This document shows, piece after piece, positions 1 through 8,959 of a stretch of 64,000 nucleotides of DNA. Position 1 is the stretch's first letter, and every line of letters starts with the position of its first letter. The notes below the pieces were generated by a model, which saw only the letters and a program-made list of their open reading frames with translations, ran no database searches and was not told the origin of the DNA. Made by a program: the position numbers and the translations under genes. The DNA comes from Candidatus Bathyarchaeia archaeon (lineage in GTDB: Archaea > Thermoproteota > Bathyarchaeia > Bathyarchaeales > DTEX01): positions 43 through 64,042 of the forward strand of contig JAWBXL010000008.1 of assembly GCA_038867895.1 (NCBI GenBank), given 5' to 3'.

Positions 1-180
1 TAGGGCTATGAGCATCATAAATGCTGGGAAGCCAAAATGCCAGAGCATACTACACTTCAAGTAGGCTAAATAAGCCTCGCGGAGCCACACAACAAAAGTC
101 AGAAGTAGAGAGACTAGGCAGACCTCAAGTAAAGCCGCATACCGCTTACCTAAGGGGGCCACACTAACTATATCCCACAA
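1..180 (-). CDS. hypothetical membrane protein, N-terminal part (runs off left edge)
   Basis: The minus-strand frame is open from TTG (180-178) to the window edge. The translation is hydrophobic (MWDIVSVAPLGKRYAALLEVCLVSLLLTFVVW...). It is absent from the ORF track because it is incomplete. No family recognised. Confidence 0.3.
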   Translation of the reverse strand, partial: MWDIVSVAPLGKRYAALLEVCLVSLLLTFVVWLREAYLAYLKCSMLWHFGFPAFMMLIAL

Positions 181-263
181 TATGAGATAATAAATCTTAG
201 TAGCCTTGTGGTTATTAAAGTCTTAAGGAGAAACTCTGTGTAGGGCTCCAGAAGTAGGGGTCT

Positions 264-339
264 TGGAGCCCCGGGCGGGATTTGAACCCGCGACCCGCGG
301 CTTACAAGGCCGCTGCTATAACCGCTAAGCTACCGGGGC
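264..339 (-). tRNA. tRNA-Thr (anticodon UGU), CCA encoded, no intron
   Basis: The reverse complement folds as a cloverleaf. Acceptor stem GCCCCGG/CCGGGGC; anticodon stem GCGGC/GCCGC with loop CUUGUAA (anticodon UGU); T arm GCGGG-UUCAAAU-CCCGC; discriminator U followed by genomic CCA. Confidence 0.85.
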
Positions 340-477
340 TCATCATATTTTATTTTTCGCGTTATCTTGATCTTATATTTTTATCTATTGCTATTTTTTG
401 TGTTCTTGTTTATATATTTCTTTGAGTTTAAAGCAGTATGGTTAAGTGTTGATTGATGGGTTTGGGCGTGGGGCTGC

Positions 478-1293
478 TTGATTAGCAAGATTAGGGAGGG
501 TGATTATGTCTTATTATATTTGGATGATAAGAGAACATATTTAGTTAGGGCTGAGAGGGGTAAGGTTCTTCACACGCATAAGGGTTTTGTTAGGATTGAT
601 GACTTTATTGGCAGAGAGTTTGGTGTGAGAGTTAAGAGTAGCATGGGCGTGGAGTTTATCGTGTTTAAGCCCGGCATAAGAGATTATATATATAAGAGCC
701 TCAGGGGCACGCAGGTAATATATCCTAAGGATATAGCGCTCATAATATTATATGGTAATATACAGCCAGGAAGCAGAATTGTGGAAGCCGGAACCGGTGT
801 CGGAGCGCTTACAACAGCATTAGCTAGCTATGTTAGACCATCTGGAAAAGTCTATGGCTATGAGGTTAGAGAGGAGTTTCTTGAGATCGCTCGAAAGAAT
901 CTTGAGAGGGCTGGTCTACTCGAATATGTTGAGCTGAAAATTAAGGACGTAACTCTGGGATTTGATGAGAGAGAAGTTGATGCAGTTATTCTTGATATGG
1001 CGACACCGTGGCTTGTTGTGCCCCATGCATATGTGGCTCTTAAGGGCGGCGGCTCATTTATATCATTCAGTCCGACAATCGATCAAGTTGTGAAGACCGT
1101 TGAGGAGCTGAGAGTTCACGGCTTCGCGTATATAGAAACAATAGAATGTCTTGTCAGAAGAATGCGTGTTGAGAGGGGAAAAACACGTCCAGAAACGTTG
1201 ATGACCGGGCATACTGGCTATATAACCTTTGCAAGAAAAGCCCTAAAGGAGATGCCTGAGTCTCCTATAGAATCTTCAAGCATCCCCACATAA
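478..1293 (+). CDS. trmI: tRNA (adenine-N1)-methyltransferase TrmI/GCD14 family (m1A57/58)
   Basis: SAM-binding motif VEAGTGVGALTTALA and the overall GCD14/TrmI layout (N-terminal beta domain plus Rossmann fold). TTG start taken from the ORF track. Confidence 0.8.
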   Translation: MISKIREGDYVLLYLDDKRTYLVRAERGKVLHTHKGFVRIDDFIGREFGVRVKSSMGVEFIVFKPGIRDYIYKSLRGTQVIYPKDIALIILYGNIQPGSRIVEAGTGVGALTTALASYVRPSGKVYGYEVREEFLEIARKNLERAGLLEYVELKIKDVTLGFDEREVDAVILDMATPWLVVPHAYVALKGGGSFISFSPTIDQVVKTVEELRVHGFAYIETIECLVRRMRVERGKTRPETLMTGHTGYITFARKALKEMPESPIESSSIPT

Positions 1294-1321
1294 ATTCATC
1301 CAGTCTTTTGGAGGGATAATC

Positions 1322-2194
1322 TTGAGCTTTTTTAAAAAGATTTATCGCTCCAGAATCTTCAAAGCGGCCCTAGAGATTGCTTTTTCCTTCATATTAGCCT
1401 TTGTTCTCCTAATGTCTTTGCGTATGGCTCTTGGGGTTGAGAACCCTTTATTTGTAGTCTCCTCCGGGAGCATGATTCCAGCAATTAATATCGGAGATAT
1501 TATTCTCGTACAGAAAGCTACGCCAACGCAGGTGAATCTCGGAGACATAGTAGTGTTTAGGGATCCCTATGCTCGCCTCAAAGCGCCAATAGTTCATAGG
1601 ATTGTGGATATAATTGTTGATGAGAATGGCAATTATAAAATTGCTACGGCCGGAGATGCTATTGGCAGCTGGGATCAGTTCTCTCCATGGGATGCATCAC
1701 TACTCATCGGCAAAGTGATCATGAGAATCCCATACATTGGCAATTTATACCTTCTCCTGTATTCAGATAACAGGTTTATCGTGATTATTTTTATTATAAT
1801 AATCTTTTTCCTAGCGCTATTATTCTTTTCCGACGATAAAGATAAAAAAGACTCGCGGAAAAAGATTTCTTGGAGCGGCAAAAATATTGCCTATATCCTC
1901 GTAATAAATCTGTTACTTGCGTCTCTCCTAATCCTTAGCTTATGGGGGAGAGGAACGAACTTTCTAGGCATGTTCGAGGAGTACCGTCTAAATGCCAAGA
2001 AATATGGTGATGAAAATGTTTCTCTATTAATAGGCTTTATGACATACAGGATTGATTGCCTAGTTCATGGTAGCGTTCGTCAGGGAGCATTAACCTTCTC
2101 TTGGACCCAATTCCTCCTCCTAATCTTAATATTATTCAATATTGTGAAGGTGCTAATCCCAGTTATTCGCCCACACCTGCTTAAAGATGAATAA
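1322..2194 (+). CDS. archaeal-type signal peptidase I (Sec11/S26B) with long hydrophobic C-terminal extension
   Basis: N-terminal TM segment, catalytic Ser box SSGSMIPAINIGD and His box VHRIV. GGAGGG lies 6 nt upstream of the TTG start. The C-terminal ~150 aa contain extra TM segments. Confidence 0.75.
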   Translation: MSFFKKIYRSRIFKAALEIAFSFILAFVLLMSLRMALGVENPLFVVSSGSMIPAINIGDIILVQKATPTQVNLGDIVVFRDPYARLKAPIVHRIVDIIVDENGNYKIATAGDAIGSWDQFSPWDASLLIGKVIMRIPYIGNLYLLLYSDNRFIVIIFIIIIFFLALLFFSDDKDKKDSRKKISWSGKNIAYILVINLLLASLLILSLWGRGTNFLGMFEEYRLNAKKYGDENVSLLIGFMTYRIDCLVHGSVRQGALTFSWTQFLLLILILFNIVKVLIPVIRPHLLKDE

Positions 2195-2241
2195 ATATAA
2201 ATATAACCTTTATAAAGCATATATTTTGGGGAAAAATTTAT

Positions 2242-2814
2242 ATGTCAAAACAAGAGCAGCCCCAGGTTAAAGTTAAGATAGAGAATGTTGTTGCGTCAGC
2301 AATATTGAATCAAAGAATAGATTTAAATGCTGTTGTTAAGGGTTACCCGGGTGTAGAATATCGTCCAGAACAGTTTCCTGGTCTTGTTTTTAGGTTAAAG
2401 AGGCCGAAAACCGCGACATTAATGTTTAGTTCTGGTAAAATGGTTTGTACTGGCGCGAAGTCTGAGAAGGAAGCCCGCAGAGCTGTTATGAGGGTGATAA
2501 AGGAGCTTAAGAGAAGTGGAATAGTTATAGTTAGTAAGCCGGAACTAAAGATACAAAATATTGTGGCTTCAGCAAATCTCGGTGGGATAATTGATTTGGA
2601 GAGGGCGGCATACGTCCTCGGCAAGACGATGTATGAGCCGGAGCAGTTTCCAGGATTAATCTATCGAATGGATGATCCAAAAGTTGTCATACTCTTATTT
2701 GCGAGTGGGAAACTGGTTTGTACTGGCGCGAAGAAAGAAGAGGACGTCTACAAGGCCGTCGATAACCTTCTGAAGAAGCTTGAAAAAGAGAAATTAATAT
2801 ATTATGAGCAATAA
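2242..2814 (+). CDS. tbp: TATA-box binding protein
   Basis: Two internal TBP repeats (IENVVASA...FPGLVFRL...SGKMVCTGAKS and IQNIVASA...FPGLIYRM...SGKLVCTGAKK). TTTATAAA at 2209-2216 lies upstream. Confidence 0.95.
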   Translation: MSKQEQPQVKVKIENVVASAILNQRIDLNAVVKGYPGVEYRPEQFPGLVFRLKRPKTATLMFSSGKMVCTGAKSEKEARRAVMRVIKELKRSGIVIVSKPELKIQNIVASANLGGIIDLERAAYVLGKTMYEPEQFPGLIYRMDDPKVVILLFASGKLVCTGAKKEEDVYKAVDNLLKKLEKEKLIYYEQ

Positions 2815-2833
2815 ATTGCTGATATAAGTCCTC

Positions 2834-3463
2834 TTAATAAATTACTGGTATAAATTCTCTTAACCTAAATTTAGCGCCGATCTTCCCAGCGAAATCCTGG
2901 ATTCTAGGAATGTTAATCTCTGGCAGGCTTACTGCAGTTATTTCAACATCTAGATCAGCATCTTTCACTGCCTGAATGAAATTTATAACGCTTCTGTAGG
3001 CTTCCTTAAACTCTGGTCTACAAACTATATTATATATTTCCTCATCATGTCCATTTAGGCTTACGCTAACGGAATCTACACCAGCGCTCTTGAGTTCACC
3101 TACAACATCCCTGCCTGGATTGAGTAGAATTGCGTGTCCATTTGTATTCAGCCTAATCTTGAGGAAGGGATTATACTTCTTAATCCACCTAGCGACTTCT
3201 AGAAGACAATCAAGTCTAGATGTTGGCTCACCAAAACCGCAGAAGACAATCTCTTTCCATCTCCTCCTCGAAATGTGTTTCTTTAATTCTTCAATCACTT
3301 TTTCGGTGCTCGGTTCATTACTGAGCTTAAGCCTAAAGCCGGCTATTCCATTCCAGAAATGTCTAAAACAGAAGTAGCATTTGTTAGAGCAACGGTTAGT
3401 TATATTTAGGTAGAGAGAATCCTCAAGCCAATATACTATATCCCCAGTATTCTTCTTAGACAT
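2834..3463 (-). CDS. radical SAM protein (small, TatD-associated-like type)
   Basis: CxxxCxxC motif (CSNKCYFC) near the N-terminus and a GFGEP glycine-rich SAM motif. The precise subfamily was not determined. Confidence 0.75.
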   Translation of the reverse strand: MSKKNTGDIVYWLEDSLYLNITNRCSNKCYFCFRHFWNGIAGFRLKLSNEPSTEKVIEELKKHISRRRWKEIVFCGFGEPTSRLDCLLEVARWIKKYNPFLKIRLNTNGHAILLNPGRDVVGELKSAGVDSVSVSLNGHDEEIYNIVCRPEFKEAYRSVINFIQAVKDADLDVEITAVSLPEINIPRIQDFAGKIGAKFRLREFIPVIY

Positions 3464-3488
3464 ACACTAGAATTTTATCTAGTTCCAC

Positions 3489-4046
3489 TTAAATTTTCTT
3501 TGATGAGCCGAGGATCACAAGTCCACTCATTATTTGGCAGCCGGAGCATGCGATGAAAATTGATTCAAAACCGAAATTGCTAACTATTAGCGCTGCTATT
3601 AGCGCTGCAAATGATCCAGCTAACTCGTAAGCTGACTCTGATATCCCAAAGATTAAGCCCTTCCTCTTCCTTCCACCCATCTCAGAGATTATTACTAATC
3701 TTGCCGGGTCTTCAAGGGCATATGAGACTCCGGAGAGAAACTCAAGCAGATATAGCTGAATCACATCTGAGGCAAATATGTAGGCTAATGAGCAGGCGGC
3801 GCCTAATATGACCCCACTAAGAAAGATTTTCTCTTTATCATAAGCATCAACCATTTTTCCAGCTATTACCTTAAAAAGCGCTGATGAGAAACCAAAAACT
3901 GTTAGGAGAAAACCAACATCTACTACTGAGACTGAGAAGCGGTTAAGAACAAAGAGTGGATAAACTGGGCCAAGCAGACCCGCCCCTAGCGAACTTAGGA
4001 AGCTCAGCGTAACTATGAGAGTTAATCTTCTCCGCATAGGCGCCAC
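3489..4046 (-). CDS. MFS transporter, N-terminal six-helix half only (possible remnant)
   Basis: MFS-like N-terminus (RRRLTLIVTLSFLSSLGAGLLGPVYPLF) and about 6 hydrophobic segments in 185 aa. No room remains for a C-terminal half before the next gene at 3463. Confidence 0.55.
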   Translation of the reverse strand: MAPMRRRLTLIVTLSFLSSLGAGLLGPVYPLFVLNRFSVSVVDVGFLLTVFGFSSALFKVIAGKMVDAYDKEKIFLSGVILGAACSLAYIFASDVIQLYLLEFLSGVSYALEDPARLVIISEMGGRKRKGLIFGISESAYELAGSFAALIAALIVSNFGFESIFIACSGCQIMSGLVILGSSKKI

Positions 4047-4283
4047 CCATTAAGAGGGTGGGGGTGAATCCAGCATCCAAGATTATTTTCTCTTCTAGTT
4101 CAACTTCCATTTCCTGATCTGCTTGCCCCCAGTATCCTCAATATTATATAGGCTTTAGGGTAATTAAAACCTTTTCAGCTATATTGCTCTAATGCTGGCA
4201 GATTCATCCTCGAAAAACCTTAAACTCCTCTTTTGAACGATAAAAGATGGTTTAAATTGAATTTTAAAGGGTTTAATGAAATG

Positions 4284-5291
4284 CTAATGTTTTCTTTCTT
4301 CTTTAAAGTGTTCCCATCCTCTTCTCTCTATAACTATTCTTTTTCCATCAATATTTGCTTCAATCTTCTTATCGCTTATAGCTCTTCCCAACTCTATTAA
4401 TTGCGCCCCAACACTATTAAGGGCATCTTTTGCTTTATCCCAAATCTCGGGTTTAACTGTTACGACGAGCTCGTACTCTTCCCCACCATAGAGACTTAGA
4501 TCTAATGGATCAAGACCATATTCCCCAGCGAATTCCTTCACCTCTGGGGCCACTGGAATATTATTTATTAGGAAACCAACCCCGCTGGCATCCGAGAGCT
4601 CATGGAGACTCCATGCGAGACCGTCGCTTGAATCTATGGACGCTGTTAATGCCTCTAGATCCGCTAATAATAGGCCTTCTCTAAGTCTGGCCCCCGGCAT
4701 TAAAACCGACTTGACAAGGGGCTCCCTAATATACTCTGGCGGGCTTAACCCCTCAAGAAGAATCTTAAGTCCGGCTGATGTCTTTCCAAACGGCCCCGTC
4801 ACGGCAACTATATCTCCCGGCCTTGCCCCGCTCCGCCTAATAATCCTCCTCCTATTGGAGTGGCCGACGAGTATGCAGCATACTGTTAGGTCTAGGGACT
4901 CGTTTGTATCCCCGCCTATAATATAGACTCCATACTCCTTAGCCCCATCATTTAGGCCGAGCGCTATCTCCCTAATATCTTCCTCCGTGAGATCCGGCGG
5001 TAAGCCAAGGGACACAAGCGCGGCAATCGGCCTGACCCCCTTAGCAGCGAAGTCGCTTACATTCATTACAATTGCTTTCCTCGCAGCTTGTCTCAAGCTC
5101 ATGCCTGGCGGCACATCAGTCTTGCCCACAAGCATATCCGTCTTTAAAACAACTATGTTTTCTCCATTAATTGGGATTGCTGAGACATCATCTCCAAAAG
5201 GTATTGGCATATCTGGCAGAGGCTCAAAGATTTCGAAAAGAACCCTTATAATCCACCTCTCGCCCAGCTCCCTAATTCTCCTCAAATCCAA
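4284..5291 (-). CDS. thiL: thiamine-monophosphate kinase (AIR synthase-related fold)
   Basis: N-terminal ELGE...FGDDVSAI...LKTDMLV...DVP and SDFAAKG motifs typical of ThiL/PurM-like proteins. Confidence 0.8.
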   Translation of the reverse strand: MDLRRIRELGERWIIRVLFEIFEPLPDMPIPFGDDVSAIPINGENIVVLKTDMLVGKTDVPPGMSLRQAARKAIVMNVSDFAAKGVRPIAALVSLGLPPDLTEEDIREIALGLNDGAKEYGVYIIGGDTNESLDLTVCCILVGHSNRRRIIRRSGARPGDIVAVTGPFGKTSAGLKILLEGLSPPEYIREPLVKSVLMPGARLREGLLLADLEALTASIDSSDGLAWSLHELSDASGVGFLINNIPVAPEVKEFAGEYGLDPLDLSLYGGEEYELVVTVKPEIWDKAKDALNSVGAQLIELGRAISDKKIEANIDGKRIVIERRGWEHFKEERKH

Positions 5292-5380
5292 CCCCCTTCG
5301 CCAAGAAAAATATTTTACATAACTACAAGTTTATTTTTTGAATTATTAAAAGTGAAATTGCTGCTTGGGATGAAGTTGAA

Positions 5381-6190
5381 ATGTGGAGGCGAAAAATAAT
5401 TACGTTAACCACGGATTTTGGTTTGAGGGACTCCTATGTTGCTGAGATGAAGGCAGTTATATTATCAATTTGCCCTGAGGCATGTATTGTTGATATAAGC
5501 CATGAGGTTAGGAAATTCGATATTAGAATGGGATCTTTCCTATTATTTCGCGCATCAAGGTTCTTCCCAAATGGAACAATCCATATGGCCGTAATAGATC
5601 CAGGCGTTGGAACTGAGAGGCGCCCAATAATAATTGAGACCGACTGGTCCATTTATGTTGGCCCAGATAATGGAATCCTGATTCCGTCAGCTCAAAGGGA
5701 TGGAATCAGACACATCTACATCATAGGGAACCCGAAATATATGCTTAAGGAAGTTTCAAAAACATTTCATGGAAGGGATATTTTTAGCCCAGCCGCAGCT
5801 TACTTGGCTAGAGGTGTTCCTCCATCCGAGTTTGGGCCAGAAATATTCGATCCAGTAGTCCCGAGCTTCGCCGAGCCCATCATCTCAGACGATTCTATCA
5901 TGGGAGAAATTATACACGTAGACGGCTTCGGAAATCTCATCACAAACATAAAGTATGAGGATCTGAAGTCTATGAGTATTAATGAGGGCGACTATTTAAC
6001 CGTCAAAATTGGGGAGAGTAAATTGGCGCTTAAATTATGTAGAGCTTACGGTGAAGTCCGTGCTAATAGCCCGCTCGCGATAATTGGGAGCTGCGGCCTC
6101 CTAGAAATTTCGGTTAATCAGGGTGATGCCTCAAAGTTTTTTGGAGTTAATGTTGGCGAAAAAGTATTTCTCTACAAGAGAATGCTCTGA
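5381..6190 (+). CDS. SAM hydroxide adenosyltransferase / SAM hydrolase family (DUF62, fluorinase-chlorinase related)
   Basis: Conserved N-terminus ITLTTDFGLRDSYVAEMKAVI and VIDPGVGT motif. Confidence 0.8.
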   Translation: MWRRKIITLTTDFGLRDSYVAEMKAVILSICPEACIVDISHEVRKFDIRMGSFLLFRASRFFPNGTIHMAVIDPGVGTERRPIIIETDWSIYVGPDNGILIPSAQRDGIRHIYIIGNPKYMLKEVSKTFHGRDIFSPAAAYLARGVPPSEFGPEIFDPVVPSFAEPIISDDSIMGEIIHVDGFGNLITNIKYEDLKSMSINEGDYLTVKIGESKLALKLCRAYGEVRANSPLAIIGSCGLLEISVNQGDASKFFGVNVGEKVFLYKRML

Positions 6191-6343
6191 TCTTAAATTG
6201 AGTGCCTGTCATATAGGCATGCTGCTTCTCATTTCAATTATTGGTAGGCTTATTATACACGTAAAACTCTGTCCTCTTTGCGAGGAAATCAGCAAAAATT
6301 ATATTTAAACTCAACTATATAAAGGAGGAAAGGAGAGTTTGTT

Positions 6344-8887
6344 ATGGATGAAAATATTGAAGTAAAGTATATCTTATGCCACAATGGTACAGGTGGATGT
6401 TATCTTTGCTGTGGTTTCTTGGCTTACGTTGATAAAAAAGAGAATCGTATTATTCGTATTGAACCTAATCCAGATCACCCGGTGAATAGGGGATGGATGT
6501 GTCCTGATCGTGCTAGAATAGGTCCAAACTTCTTCCTCAATTACTTATATCATAAGGCGCAGCTAACGCGTCCTCTCAAAAGAGTTGGGGAGAGAGGAGA
6601 AAATCGCTGGGTGAGAATCAGTTATGAGAAAGCTTTAGATGAAATTGCGGAAAAACTCAAGGAGATAATTGATAAATATGGGCCTGAATCCATAGGAGTA
6701 GTGGAGGGAACTTTCCGTTCAGACTCGTATTGGGCTAGAGCTCGACTTATGAACCTGCTCGGGAATCCGAATAATGTCGCTGACCCAGGCACGATATGCG
6801 GAAAACCCATGGGCGCCCAATGGCAACTAACTTTAGGGACTGCCTGCTCCTGTGGAGGTATGTTTCAATGGGGGATTCCTGGACTAAGTTGCTATGTTAT
6901 TATAGGCCATAATCCCGCAGAAAGCTTCCCCCTAGAATACCAAACAATCCTGAATAATAAGAAGCAAGGTATGAAATTGATAGTTTTTGATCCAAGACTT
7001 ACAGAGACGGCGAGATATGCAGATTATTGGTTTCAAATAAGGCCGGGAACAGACGCTGCCGCATTACTCGCATGGATCAACATTATCATTAAAGAAAAAC
7101 TATATGATTCCGCCTTTCTTTTACAGTGGACTAATGCGCCCTTCCTTGTAAGAACGGATCAAAATAGGCTTTTAAGAGAAAAAGATATTAGGGAGGGGGG
7201 AAGCGAAAACAGGTTTATAGTTTGGAATGAGATCTCAAATGAAATAGCAATATGGGATCCTGAAACTCAAGAGTATCTGCCCTCAAATACAACCCCAGCT
7301 CTTTTGGGAGAATTCAAGGTTAAACTGGCTACTGGTGAGGAGGTGCTCTGCAAAACTGTCTTTCAAATGCTGGCTGAGAGAGCCGCGGAATACACTCCTG
7401 AAAAAGTTGCTGAAATAACATGGCTTGACCCAGAGAAATTAAAGGAGGCCGCTATGCTCTGGGCCACCTCGAGAAAACCTAAGACGATATTAGCCTTCGT
7501 CTCATCTCATCAAATTGGCAGAAATTCTAGTAGGATACATCAATGTGTAATGATCCTTCATCTTCTAATGGGTATGGTCTCTATGCCAGTTTCGTTTCCT
7601 GGGCCTCGAGGGCCTGGTGGAATCTATGTTCGTGAATCAGAGATGGAGATGGCTGAAGCTCTCCCTGAGAATCAGCGGAGAAAGATGATTGGCGCTGACA
7701 AATTTAAAGTTATGGCTTGGCCACAATATGAAATTACAACACCTCTCTTTAAGAAGATCTGGGGCGTCTCCAATAATATGTCGGGACATGGGCATCTAGT
7801 CCCCGCGCCACTTTTATGGAGAGCGATTCTTACGGGAAAACCATATCCAATTAAGGCCCTAATCACGTGGACGGCGAATCCAATGGTCTGGGCCGCAAAC
7901 ACGAAGATTGTCTATAAAGCCTTAAAGAGTCCGAATCTTGAATTACATGTCGTCATAGATCATGTAATGACCCCGACAGCTGTTTTAGCCGACTACGTGA
8001 TACCTGCGGCATGCAAAAGTCTTGAGACTCCATTCATATCTAATTGGCAGGATGCTATGGGCGACATAATAGTTGGCCAGGCAGCCATCAAACCTTTAGG
8101 TGAAAGAAGAAGTGACTACGAATTTTGGAGGGAGCTAGCAATTAGACTTGGATTTGGAGAGTACTTCCCGTGGAAGGATGTGGAAGAGGTTTGTAATTAT
8201 CGTTTAAAGCCGCTGGGATTAACATTAGATGAAGCCGCGCAGCTGGGTGTGATTCCGAGCCAACCATGCACCCACGAGGCCTTTAAAGAAATAAACCCAG
8301 AAACTGGCAAACCCTACGGCTTTGCAACAATCACGAGGAAAGCGGAAATATGGCCTGTATCCTTTGAAATATTTGGGTATGATCCTCTCCCATTCTATGA
8401 AGAGCCCCCTGAGAGTCCTATTTCCACACCTGAAGTTGCAAGAGAGTATCCCCTAATATTGACTACTGGAGGGAGATTTAGACCAATGTTTCACTCAGAG
8501 TATAGGCACTGGGGGATGGGCTTCAGAGAACAGCATCCCTACCCAATAGTAGAAATACATTATCAAACGGCTAAGGAGCATGGTATATCGGATGGCGACT
8601 GGGTTTGGATAGAAACAAGAAGGGGGCGAATCCTACAGAAAGCGCGGCTATCCGCAACCATACATCCCAAAGTGGTAAACGTTCAAAGCCACTGGTGGTA
8701 TCCTGAGCTGCCAGCCGAGGAGCCATATCTTTACGGCGTGTGGATATCAAACGCTAATGTGTTAACTCTCGATGAGCCAGAAGCTCTCGATGAAATGGTA
8801 GGAGGCTGGTGCAACAGAGCCCTTCTATGCAAGATTTATAAGGCTGAGCAGCACCCCCCCATCCTCCACTGCTTGGGAGCATTATAA
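6344..8887 (+). CDS. molybdopterin (Mo/W-bisPGD) oxidoreductase catalytic subunit, cytoplasmic, substrate unknown
   Basis: 847 aa with MopB architecture. The N-terminal Cys cluster region is followed by DHPVNRGWMCP, and the C-terminal molybdopterin-binding barrel reads ILTTGGR...HS...DGDWVWIET. No twin-arginine signal. AGGAGG lies upstream. Confidence 0.85.
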   Translation: MDENIEVKYILCHNGTGGCYLCCGFLAYVDKKENRIIRIEPNPDHPVNRGWMCPDRARIGPNFFLNYLYHKAQLTRPLKRVGERGENRWVRISYEKALDEIAEKLKEIIDKYGPESIGVVEGTFRSDSYWARARLMNLLGNPNNVADPGTICGKPMGAQWQLTLGTACSCGGMFQWGIPGLSCYVIIGHNPAESFPLEYQTILNNKKQGMKLIVFDPRLTETARYADYWFQIRPGTDAAALLAWINIIIKEKLYDSAFLLQWTNAPFLVRTDQNRLLREKDIREGGSENRFIVWNEISNEIAIWDPETQEYLPSNTTPALLGEFKVKLATGEEVLCKTVFQMLAERAAEYTPEKVAEITWLDPEKLKEAAMLWATSRKPKTILAFVSSHQIGRNSSRIHQCVMILHLLMGMVSMPVSFPGPRGPGGIYVRESEMEMAEALPENQRRKMIGADKFKVMAWPQYEITTPLFKKIWGVSNNMSGHGHLVPAPLLWRAILTGKPYPIKALITWTANPMVWAANTKIVYKALKSPNLELHVVIDHVMTPTAVLADYVIPAACKSLETPFISNWQDAMGDIIVGQAAIKPLGERRSDYEFWRELAIRLGFGEYFPWKDVEEVCNYRLKPLGLTLDEAAQLGVIPSQPCTHEAFKEINPETGKPYGFATITRKAEIWPVSFEIFGYDPLPFYEEPPESPISTPEVAREYPLILTTGGRFRPMFHSEYRHWGMGFREQHPYPIVEIHYQTAKEHGISDGDWVWIETRRGRILQKARLSATIHPKVVNVQSHWWYPELPAEEPYLYGVWISNANVLTLDEPEALDEMVGGWCNRALLCKIYKAEQHPPILHCLGAL

Positions 8888-8959
8888 CAGTTGCCCATCA
8901 TGCGTCAACATTATCTTAAAATCTTCTTTTCGATCCATAGAATACTTCCCTCGCCATCG

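Noticed and set aside
264-477. tRNA-Thr as an integration hotspot or mobile-element border
   Set aside because: No integrase is present, no partial duplicate of the tRNA 3' end is visible nearby, and the flanking genes are housekeeping.
3943-4110. 55-codon ORF MEVELEEKIILDAGF... upstream of and overlapping the MFS start
   Set aside because: It lies out of frame with the MFS gene and has no motif. It is mentioned only as a possible trace of a frameshift, not as a gene.
6123-6308. Small ORFs 6123-6308, 18616-18900 and 46627-46854
   Set aside because: They overlap gene ends or promoter regions, lack an SD and any motif, and have junk-like composition.
6344-8887. Selenocysteine or pyrrolysine recoding in the molybdopterin oxidoreductase or cdh genes
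   Set aside because: The reading frames are uninterrupted, with no in-frame TGA or TAG at the expected ligand positions.
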